The notes below the pieces were generated by a model that saw only the letters and a program-made list of their open reading frames with translations, was not told where the DNA came from and searched no databases. A stretch of DNA of 64,000 bases from Mizuhopecten yessoensis (taxonomy: Eukaryota), in assembly GCF_002113885.1 (NCBI RefSeq), contig NW_018408315.1, positions 130,117-194,116 of the forward strand, given 5' to 3'. Shown here one piece after another: positions 23,601-35,600 of this stretch. The number at the start of each line of letters is the position of its first letter. The stretch's first letter is position 1. Both the position numbers and the translations under genes were made by a program.

Positions 23601-26600
23601 TTACTATTAATAACTTGGTCAAAAAGTACTGTAACTTCTATAATATAGGTTGTTGTCTTGTTCAAGATTTTACATAGATAGATGAATGTACTGCATTACT
23701 CAAAACAAGACTTTTTAACTTACATTTTGACAGCTTATGGTGGTATATTTAATATACGCACTGCATGATTAAGGCATATATCCTGCTGAAGACTGACCAT
23801 AAGTTTAAAAAGTTTTGCTGTCACTTGATTCTGAGTAATAAAATATATTTATTTAACAATACAGTTGGTTTGTTTAAAAAAATCACAATTTATAAGCTAG
23901 ATAATTGCCTTGCAACAAAATAATCCTTTTAAAAGTAAATAAAACCGACTCCATCACATCAGCATCTTTCAGAAAATCCTAAATTACTTGTCAATCTTAA
24001 ACTAGGAATCATCATTCACAGCAATATGTATGATACATACTCATATATTTACATTCGCTCCCATTGAAGCTGTGTAAACCGTGACTGCGTATACATTACC
24101 GCATACGCAGTGAGATTCCTTGGAGACCATTGTTTCCTATTGATGACGTAATTTACATTGTGACGTCATAATGGTAACGTTGGAGATCCATCGCTGCTCG
24201 CAGGCTGTAGGCTGTTCATTTGTTTGGATTTACACAGGTTACGGAGGCTTTGTACCAATATAATACAATATTCAGTTTGACTGCGTATACGGTAGTATGA
24301 ACGCAGTCAAAATGAAGGTCAATCCTTAAATGCAACATCAAGCATGCCTCCACGCAACGTATCACGTACCATGCATGCTCACACAAATTATACATTTTCA
24401 CACACATCATCATACATTCTCAAGCACAATTAACATGCATGCTCACTTGCAATAAATGATAAAAAAATGCTGACTTACACACACCACAAATGCTCATGCA
24501 TACACACACCACACAAGCATGCACACACCGCTTATTCATGTATACATTGATATGCTAAACAAAAATACTTATACACACTGTACACACACTAGACATGCTT
24601 CCAACATCAGTATTATGCTTTCTCAGCTGTAAAAGCTAACTTAATTGCAACAACTCTAAAAAAAATCTGAAATGATCTAAAAGGATAAATAAATGCTATT
24701 AATACATCCCAAAGAATGTCTTCAAGCTATTAATCCATCTTCCCATGTAATAATTGGTCACCGTTAATCTCCACCTGTACTTTGGGCAATAATGGCTGCC
24801 ACAATTCCGATGATAATTGCAATGACTATGACTAATATTATGATGCATATGCACTTTTTCTTTCGAAACTTTTTCTGATTTTTCTCAGCTTCACCTAAGT
24901 CTTTCTTTCCTGATTCGATATCAGCCACAGTACGTTCCACATGATTTTCTATGGTATCAATTGTCTCCCCTTGGTCTGCCACTAACACATGCATTTCCTT
25001 AAATAGTTTGTTGACCTCATGAATCTGACCTTCAATGTCATGTAGAACTTCTTCGCGCTCCTGTAGAACTTGTAAATCTCCCTTAGCTTTTTGCATTTCC
25101 ATCAAGAATCCCCCAGTAAACATGGCCTGGTTTTGGAAATTCATGTCAATATTGTCTGGTTCATTCCCATTAGTTACAATCTGCATCTGACGTTTAAATC
25201 TTGCTTTTGTTTTATCCAAGTAATCTGCTTGATTTCCAGCAAAATCGTGAGTGGTCGTTTTCAGTTCCTGTGATAATCGGTCAATCTGAGTCACATGAAC
25301 TCTTTGATGTGTACCAGAAGTTATCAGGGATGCCTTTTGTGATTCTGTCGTTGTTTCAGCAGCTAATAACTCAATATCTTTTCGAATGCGTATTGAATCA
25401 GTCAGAATCTGGTCAGACATGTGTTCCATCTTCTGTAAGTCCTTCGAAGTTACAAATGGTGAACAATACAAATTACTTTGTAACTTTTTCACATCATCAG
25501 CCTCTTTCTTTAAGCTTTTTAGTCTTTCTTCAATACCGTGGACTTTATCTTGGAATCCTGCTATTGTAGTTTCCATGGTTTCTTTTTCCTTTTTCTTGCG
25601 TTTCTTTTTCAAATCTTCACTTTCAAACTCTTCGTGTTTCTTTTTCATCTCCTGTAGCCTATCCTTGACCATGATGGACACTGCAGGTAAACACGATCCT
25701 TATATAGTCCAGGTGGTAAGTTGTATGTCACTTCTATACTTGGAGCGATGCGTAATGATATCAGGCCATTACCTGGATCCACCTGTTGTTTCGGTTATCT
25801 GCAGTATTACCTGGTAAGTTGTCGGAAATTGATAGGAGAATTGTAGACAAACAGAAGTGAGTACACCTCGCTGATGACTGTATCGGTGACTCCTTATTGT
25901 AGTAATCAGCCAGAATTAGACATGAGAACACACTTGGGCTTTTCCCTACATGTCTGACCAGACTAGTAGTTGTAACACAAGTATATATATACTCCAGGCA
26001 AACTTACACTGAGTCACAGCAGTTGAGGCCCCAGGTGGGGAAATTAATCTCGCTTCAATGAGTTCAAATTATAATCTTGTAAATAAATCCAAGCTGTAGT
26101 AAATTTCCTTAAAAAACTATTATCCAGCAGAGGAAGTATGACAATGGCCTGACCTAACAATAACACAAGCCTGTACAGATGTCTGCATGGCGCTACCTCA
26201 CACTTATAAGGAGAGCTATATACTAAGCCCTGAGTACATCAACATGTCACTATCACATGTCTCTGTATATCAGAACACACTTGAGCTTTAGGTACATTGA
26301 TATGTATGCATACATATATTTATGTATACAACTGTGTCAACGAGGGATAAATTATCAATGGCAAACTGTATTGTGATACTTTAGTACTAACTAAGGCACA
26401 GGTATGTCCTAGAAAGGGACCATATGCTATATGTACATTTGTACATCTCCTTTTCCAAAATAGATAATCTACAAAAACGAATGCCTAGTTCAAACACTAG
26501 CTAGTACCTATATGACAGCTAAAATAAAAACTCAGGTATAGGGAGAACCAAAACTCAGGTATAAGGAGATTGTTTTTTTCTAAGTAAATTCAACCTTGAA

Positions 26601-29600
26601 ATCATGTTGTTGCAAGCTTTTCAAACAATTACACCAACCTGTACCTCATGTTTTAACTAGGTATTTTGTATTTGCTGTAGTCTAAAGCTTATAATTAATC
26701 TTAAAGCACAAGTTCTGTCACACCTACAGGTACAGGTAGACGATTTTATATGAGGCCAACAGGTAAAGATTTTGAAAGGTGCCTCAGGTGTATACATTTA
26801 CAACATCAAGTCCCATTCAGTTCCTCTACACTGTATTGTGTGTGTGTTTGTAAGGAAATACCTTCAACACAATCTGAAAACATCAAATATTTCGTGCTTG
26901 AGTGAGCACGAATTGCGAGGTCCTCCATAGGAGGAATCAGAGATAAATATTGCGATGTCGACAATCTAGGAGATATTGAAAACACTTGTGACTTATAGTA
27001 TATACTATGTACAGAAAACAGATAAATTAATTAAATTTTATTAATTATAAGCAGATTTCATTTGCATGCCATTGTACATGTTCTTTAATTTATGTCAAAA
27101 ACTTCTTTTTCATATTTTTCCAAAATTTTACAATATATAGAAATGTTAATCATGACCATGCAGTTATGATCAATCCCTATAATTAATGTTATATAGTTGT
27201 ACTGATGATGCTTTGGTAATACTTGTCCAGGAAATGTATAGAGTAGCACCCTCGTCAGATTTACAGTATTTATAGATCTTCTTTCACCAGTAAAAACCCA
27301 TAAGTCATTGATGAGTTTTTCACACTTTTTAAAACTCATCTTTTGAATCATATAGTCCCACATCTTAAACCTGTTTGAATCCATTTGTGTCCTCTTCTTT
27401 CAGTCTTTTATGAATATATTGCGAGGTAATAAATCAGGTTATATTATACATCGTTGATCTAAAACAATTTATAATAACAACAAGAGATCCCAGAGGGATC
27501 TTGGCGCCCACCTTTGTACCATCTCCATTAGTTCTTTGTCAGTTCTATCTTTTCTCTTCTTTCCTCTAATCTGTTTGATAGAGTCATGTCAACAGTAAAT
27601 GCACCTTGAGGTAACTTTTGATCTAAACTTAATACTGATGTGTATGAAAGCCAACCTTCAAAGTGAGTTTGTCATTTCACATATTTACTAGTTCAGTACT
27701 TAATGTGAAAGAAATAGAATCGATCATTGCAATATGAGAAAGATCTGTTTAGTTCTTTAAATCCATTTTGTTTTTATGATCAGTCTCAAAATATAACATG
27801 CACAACGAGGGATCAAGTGGAAGCTAAATTTAAAATTTGAGAAAGATCCCTCCCGTACTTTCCGAGAAATAGCAATAACAAATTTTCACTATCAAAATCC
27901 AAGATGGCTGCCTGTCGGCCATGTTGTTTATCCGATCAGTCTCTAAAATTGCCCTGCACAGCTAGGACCAAGGGGAACCTACATATCAAATTTAAGAAAG
28001 ATCCCTCTAGTTCCTACACTATCAAAACCCTAGATGGCTGCCTGTCGGCCATGTTGTTTATACGATCAGTCTCAAAAGTTGCCCTGCACATCCAAGGGCC
28101 AAGGGGAACCTATATATAAAAATTTGAGAAAGATCCCTCTGATGCTTCCCGAGAAATAGCGATAACAAACTTTCAATATCAAAATCAAAGATGGCTGCCT
28201 GTCAGCCATGTTGTTTATCCGATAAGTCTCAAAAAAAATGCCCTGCACAGCTAAGGACCAAGGGGAACCTACAAATAAAATTTGAGAAAGATCCCTTTTG
28301 TACTTCTTGAGAAATATCGATAACAAACTTTCACTATCAAAATCCAATATTGCTGCCTGTCGGCCATGTTGTTTATCCGATCAGTCTCAAACAAAAATTG
28401 CCCTGCACAGCTATAAGGATCAAGGGGAACCTACATATCAAATTTGAGAAAGATCCCTCTGGTGCTTCTTGAGAAATAGCCATAACAAAGTTTCAATATC
28501 AAAATCCAAGATGGCTGCCTGTCGGCCATGTTGTTTATACGATCAGTCTCAAAAGTTGCCCTGCACAGCTTAGGACCAAGGGAAACCTACATACAAAATT
28601 TGAGAAAGATCCCTCCGGTACTTCTGGAGAAATAGCGAGAACAAGAATTGTTTAAGGAAGGACGACGGACCACGGATGTAGGGTGATTTGAATAGCCCAC
28701 CATCAGATGATGGTTGGCTAAAAATGTACTTATGTACATCATACATTATTACTGTATGTGATAGATTGTGTTTCTATATTGCTATTATTGAGGAATTAAA
28801 TATCAGTAAATGTAAATAAAATGCAATAGTATTATGGTGAGACAAGAAAATATTACACAGGCTACCAGCCCCCAACTCTTGATGAAGAATATTTTTCATA
28901 AAATAGAGAGGGGATGGTGGCCTGCAATTATCTCCCCCTAATTTGAGAACTCAAGAATGAGATGTCCGAGTGATCAAAATTATAAGAGCCAATGTTTTCT
29001 AAATAATTTAATATTCTAGGGCTAAGTGGTCTAAATACATTGTAAATTCATTTAAATTTAAAATGTCTTGTGTCTTCTAAATACAGAACAAAGAACATTC
29101 TTCCTAATGCAATATAAAGGATCTTTGTTTCATTTTTATATAAGATTTTTATGAAACTCAACCTGAAGATTTGTTTTAGCTAGACTGATCCAACATTGAG
29201 ACCTAGCTAATTCATTAATCTGATAAACAAGAGGCCCAGAGAGCCTGTATCGCTCACCTGAATATGTTTATAACAATTGGTATGAAGTAAAGTTATAGCA
29301 CTCCATGGTAGGTGCTGTAAGTACATATGAAATTTCAGAAAGATCCATCAAGTACTTGAGATATAGCGATAACAAACTTCAAACAGATCGCCCCACCCCT
29401 ATGCCCCTAGGGGGGGGGTTATACCCACCATATATACAAAATTGAGTTCCCTTGGCCCAAGGATTCTCCAGACTAAATTAGGATAAAATCCCTTAATCCC
29501 GATGGTCGAAGAAGGATTTTAATGGTTTTACCTCTATTTCTCCTATTGGGCCCCGCCCTTCTGCCCCCTGGGAGACCACACCCCCTGCTTATACAAATTT

Positions 29601-32600
29601 GAGTCCCCTTAATTGGCCCAAGGATGCTACAGACCAAATAAGGATAAACACACCGTTTATATAAAATTGGTTCTTCTTCATACCAAATTTGGATAAAATC
29701 CTGTCATTCGTACGCAAGCAGAAGGTATTTGAAGAATTTGCTATGTTTCCCCTATTGGGCCCTGCCCTTCTGCCCCAAGGGGGCCACACTCACTGTTTAT
29801 ACAAACTTGAGTCCCTTTTACCAAAGATCCTCTAGACCAAATTGGGAAGAAATCCCTTCATCCCTATGGAAGAAGAAGGATTTTAAAGGTTTACCTCTAT
29901 TTCCCTTATTGGGCCACGCCCTTCTGCCCCCCTGGAGACCACTCTCACTGCTTATACAAATTTGAGTACCCTTGGCCCAAGGATGCTCCACACCAAATAT
30001 GGAACAAATCCTTTCATTCCTAAAGAAGAAGAAGGATTTTAAAGAATTTGCTATATTTCCTACATTGGACCCTGCCCCTCAGCCACAGGGGGGCCAGACC
30101 CACGGTTTATACAAAATTGGTTCCCCTTTACCCAATGAGGATCCAAACAATATATGGACCAAATCCTTTCATTCCTACAGAAGATGAAGGATTTTAAAGA
30201 ATTTGCTATATTCCCCCTATAAGGCCCCATCCCTCAGCCCCTAGGGGGCCTGACCCACTGTTTTATACAACAACGGTTCCCTTTTACCCAAGGATGATCC
30301 ACACCAAATATGGACCAAATCCTGTCATTCCTACAGAAGAAGAAGTATTTTAAAGAAGAATTTGCTATATTTCCCCTATTGGGCTCCCCCCCCCCCCCCT
30401 CAGCCCCCAGGGGGGCCAGACCCACCATTTATACAAAATTTAGTCCCCTCGGCCTAAGGATGCTCCAGACCAAATTTAGTCCAAATCTACTGGGCCGTTC
30501 AGGACAAGTAGCATTTTAAAGGAAAAGATGACGGACGATGAACGACGGATGCTGCGGTATGGCATAAGCTCACCATGGTCCTTCAGACTTACTCTTAATT
30601 CATATTCATAGGACGACCAAGTGAGTTCAGTGTGATGAGAAATTCAGATACGTAGCTATAGAGCCAAAAATATGTGTAACCTCAGGTGAGGGGTCTGAGC
30701 CCCCAGTGGGTCCAGGACAGGACCCTGGTGGGGGAGATTCAGTGTTGCCAATCCCCCAAAACAGAAAATGATTTTGTTTTCAAACATGAAAATTATCAAG
30801 GAGGGTTATCATAAAGATATATTTTAAGTGCCCAGTCAGCTTAAATGAAGTAAATCAAATACATATGTAACTAATATTTATTATTAATTAAGTTCCATAC
30901 ACCATAGATGACTTGTATACATCCATTCATTACACCATAAATGATTTGTATACATCCATTCGTTACACCATAGATGGTTTGTATACATCCATTCATTACA
31001 CCATAGATGATTTGTATCACATTTACAATTCATTTATTAAGTGCATGTAGTGGAACTGGACTGGGTCAATCGCCAGCGACCAGGTAGCTCAATTTGCAGA
31101 GCGTCGACAGTCTAGAGTTCAGAGGTCCTGGGTTCAAATCACTGGACCATAGCACATTTCGTTTCCTATTGCATGCATTTTACGTAATTCAAGATACCTG
31201 ACTGGTAGACATCATACACACAGTAAATAAGGATACTTGTGAAAATGTGCATAATGGACTGTATGTATATTTGTTGCTTAATACCCCGGTCACACATTAA
31301 CAGACGGTCTTGCCGGATCCACTAAATAGAAATTCACGGATGACCCTGGAAAAATCTATATCAGTGGTCCGCTACGGATGCAGTACGGTTTGACTACAGA
31401 TAGGGGGTAGTTGACAACTGTTCGGTGCGGTTTAGTACGGAATGACACGTGTCATGGTGTATGCACTGCAGATTAACAACGGTTCGCTACAATTTTAGTA
31501 CAGATTAGGACGAATAGTCTGGCACGGATTAGCACGAATAGTCTGGCACGGATTAGTATGAACTCGCACGGAGTGCCACGAACCTGCCACGGTAAGCAAT
31601 CCGTCTTCAAACTCCTGCGCTCGCGTGTTCATTCCACAACTTAATTCAAATCTTAGTACGGGTTAGTACAAGTATGTAGTTCACCGTAGCTAACCATACC
31701 GAGGCCGGGGATCTACTACGGATCAGTAAGGATGTACTACAGTTGTCTGATCGGTGGTAAATTTTTGAACATGTTAAGGAATTGTCACATATACAAATAC
31801 TACTATGAATGACCAAGGATACAATACGGACCACTGCTGATTGCCACGAATGATGCCGGATCGTATCCATGGCTAATCCAGCGGCGCATCCGTGAATGTG
31901 TGACTGGGACATTAATATCATTACCATGTTTATATATAATATCAACGTAAATGTCCTGATTTCATTTTTCACGAAAAAAGGGTTTCTATATTGCAGTTCT
32001 AGTGTAGTAATATAAACACACGTGACTCTTTCCAGACCAGCTTATTAAAAAGTGCACGCTGAGATACAGAAAGCAAACCATAAGTTCATCTTTATTTGAC
32101 CAATGATTTCAAAAACACGTCTCTCGATCAGGATACAACTCAATGTTGTGTGTCTTTACTTAATTTATTTTTTTAATATGATTTAGAATTGTTCAATCAA
32201 CCTCTCTATCAGAATATGGAAGAGGTGGTGAAAGTCAGTTATTTCGGAAAAAGATAGACTTGATATTCTGTCCCAGAGAAAGTGTAATGGCCAGAGGGTA
32301 AGAGTTCAAAAATAACAATTTGTGATAGTGTTTTCACTATTTTAACATTAACATTTCTGGTATGCTACCTTCTTTACTAGAACATTTTCTGCCTCAAAAA
32401 AAACCCTGTGCAAATGACACAAGTAATTACATCACTATATCAAAGATTTTAAATCTTACATTATGGAAGAAATTGACTTATATTAGTTTCACATGTCTTT
32501 GGGGAGCTCAATCCTTAATGATTAAACTTGATATTTAGTTTGCCACAGGGGTCCTTCAAGAGAGCTTAATCCTTAATGATCAAACTTGATATTTAGTTTG

Positions 32601-35600
32601 CCACAGGGGTCCTTCAAGAGAGCTCAATCCTTAACTGACTGTATTTGACTTAGTTTGACATGTCTTTGGGAAGCTCAAGATGCTTGCAATTTAGTGACAG
32701 GTATATTAAACTGTCAAATTACTTAACTTTAAACTTAAAATAAGTGTGATAAAACAAACAGTTTGTAAGTTGCTCCGTATGAGTTCCATTCTTTCATATA
32801 ATTAAAAAAAATCATATCTTATTAAAGTATTCATCGAACTGTATCAAACAACTAGCATTTACAAAGAAACAAAGATTATTCTCTAGACCTTATATGTATT
32901 TTTTATGACTTCCTCAATAAAAACATATCTCCTTTTGACAATCTATTACAGCCACTTGGTAAAGCATGGCAACATTAAGGCACATAATAGCAGAAAACAA
33001 CAGATTTTACAAACTGAAGTGACTGACAAACATGGCAAATACAGCATTTTAAATTCTTATCACACAATAGTTTATGTTACTTGTAATAATTGCCAACCTC
33101 TAAGCCACTTAAAGAGCCCACTATGTGTGAGATCTTCCCCCACCGGGTATAAGTAGGTAGCCCAATATGTGGGAGATCTTCCCCAACCAGGTATAAGTAA
33201 GGAGCCCAATATGTGGGAGATCTTCCCCCACCAGGTATAAGTAAGGAGCCCAATATGTGTGAGATCTTCCCCCACCGGGTATAAGTAGGGAGCGCAATAT
33301 GTGGGAGCTCTTCCCCCACCGGGTATAAGTAGGTAGCCCAGTATGTGGGAGCTCTTCCCCCACCGGGTATAAGTAAGGAGCCGAATATGTGGAAGATCTT
33401 TCCCCACCGGGTATAAGTAAGGAGCCCAATGTGTGGGAGATCTTCCCCCACCAGGTATAAGTAAGTTGCCCAATATGTGTGAGATCTTCCCCCACCGGAT
33501 ATAAGTAGGGAGCGCAATATGTGGGAGCTCTTCCCCCACCGGGTATAAGTAAGGAGCCGAATATGTGAGAGATCTTCCCCCACCTGGTATAAGTAGGTAG
33601 CCCAATATGTGGGAGATCTCCCCCCACCGGGTATAAGTAAGGAGCCCAATATGTGGGAGATTTTCCCCAACCGGGTATAAGTAAGGATCCCATTGTGTGG
33701 GAGATCTACCCCCACCAGGTATAAGTAAGGAGCCCAATATGTGGGAGATTTTCCCCAACCGGGTATAAGTAAGGAGCCCAATATGTGGGAGATTTTCCCC
33801 AACCGGGTATAAGTAAGGAGCCGAATATGTGGAAGATCTTCCCCCACCGGGTATAAGTAAGGAGCCCAATATGTGAGAGATCTTCCCCCACCGGGTATAA
33901 GTAAGGAGCCCAATATGCGGGAGATATTCCCCCACCGGGTATAAGTAGGTAGCCCAATATGTGGGAGATGTAATAATTGCCAACCTCTAAGCCACTTAAA
34001 GAGCCCACTATGTGTGAGATCTTCCCCCACCGGGAATAAGTAGGTAGCCCAATATGTGAGAGATCTTCCCCCACCGGGGATAAGTAAGGAGCCGAATATG
34101 TGAGAGATCTTCCCCCGCCGGGTATAAGTAAGGAGCCCAATTTGTGGGAGATCTTCCCCCACCGGGTATAAGAAAGGAGCCCAATATGTGGGGGATCTTC
34201 CCCCACCGGGTATAAGTAATGAGCCCAATATGTGGGAGATCTTCCTCCTCCGGGTATAAGTAAGGAGCCCAATTTGTGGGAGATCTTCCCCCACAGTGTA
34301 TAAGTAAGGAGCCCAATTTGTGGGAGATCTTCCCCCACCGGATATAAGTAAGGAGCCCAATTTGTGGGAGATCTTCCCCCACCAGGTATAAGTACGGAGC
34401 CCAATATGTGGGAGATCTTCCTCCTCCGGGTATAAGTAAGGAGCCGCATATGTGGAAGATCTTCCCCCACCGGGTATATGTAAGGAGCCCAATATGTGTG
34501 AGATCTTCCCCCACCGGGTATATGTAAGGAGCCCAATATGTGAGAGACCTTCCCCCACCTGGTATAAGTAAGGAGCCCAATATGCGGGAGATATTCCCCC
34601 ACCGGGTATAAGAAAGGAGCCCAGTATGTGGGAGATCTTCCCCCACAGTGTATAAGTAAGGAGCCCAATTTGTGGGAGATCTTCCCCCACAGTGTATAAG
34701 TAAGGAGCCCAATTTGTGGGAGATCTTCCCCCACCAGGTATAAGTAAGGAGCCCAATTTGTGGGAGATCTTCCCCCACCAGGTATAAGTAAGGAGCCCAA
34801 TAGGTGAGAGATCTTCCCCCACCTGGTATAAGTAAGGAGCCCAATATGTGGGAGATCTTCCCCCACCGGGTATAAGTAAGGAGCCCATTTCTTGAGATCT
34901 GATTTACAAATCAATCAAACAGATCAACTTGATTTCAAGAAATCAAAGTAGTAATGGATGTAAAATCAAAGAAAAGTAAATTTAAACCAAGACCAAGTTT
35001 GTTTTTATACCAGATTTATCAATTATAAAGAATGATTGCGTCATCTGAATAAGGTATTTATTTAAAAAAAAGAAAATTACTGACTGCCTAACATTTTTTG
35101 ATATTCTTTTAAATTAAAGTTTCCATTTATTGACTGCGTCACTGAATCCAGTTGTAAAAAAAAGTTGCTACCGAAAATAAGTTACAGTGGCTTAATATTG
35201 ATTGCTGACAGGTTGCTTTCCAAGTTGAAATGCACATACTAGCTGACCCTTGGAGAGGTTATTCAGTGCCTAGTGTAAAGAACCAATGAGTATATCAATC
35301 CTTGTATGATTAGCCAAATTGTGGATGACTTACCTCCCTTGGGCCACTGGCCAAGCTAACATTTCCCTTGCCATCATATTTGATGGGAGCCCCGCCCATC
35401 TCTATCAATGTTCCATAGCCAGTGGGAGTAAAGAAGGCAGGGATACCTGCCCCTCCTGCTCTTATCCTCTCTGCTAGAGTTCCCTACAATGTAATTAATA
35501 TAACTATAACAGAACTTCCAGACAGCATTCTCAATACAAACATAATGTTTATGTTGTTTCATTGTAGTGAACAGTTTTGAAGACAATTAACAAACTAAAG

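Noticed and set aside
25386-25817. Plus-strand ORFs overlapping the syntaxin
   Set aside because: These are antisense shadows of the real coding sequence.
31075-31170. Possible tRNA gene
   Set aside because: A and B boxes are present but the acceptor and anticodon stems do not pair; a SINE head fits better.
25673-35334. In-frame OXCT1-syntaxin fusion via the acceptor before the syntaxin ATG
   Set aside because: Exon 5 ends in phase 0 and the ATG is 8 nt into the exon, so the join is out of frame and stops after 11 codons.
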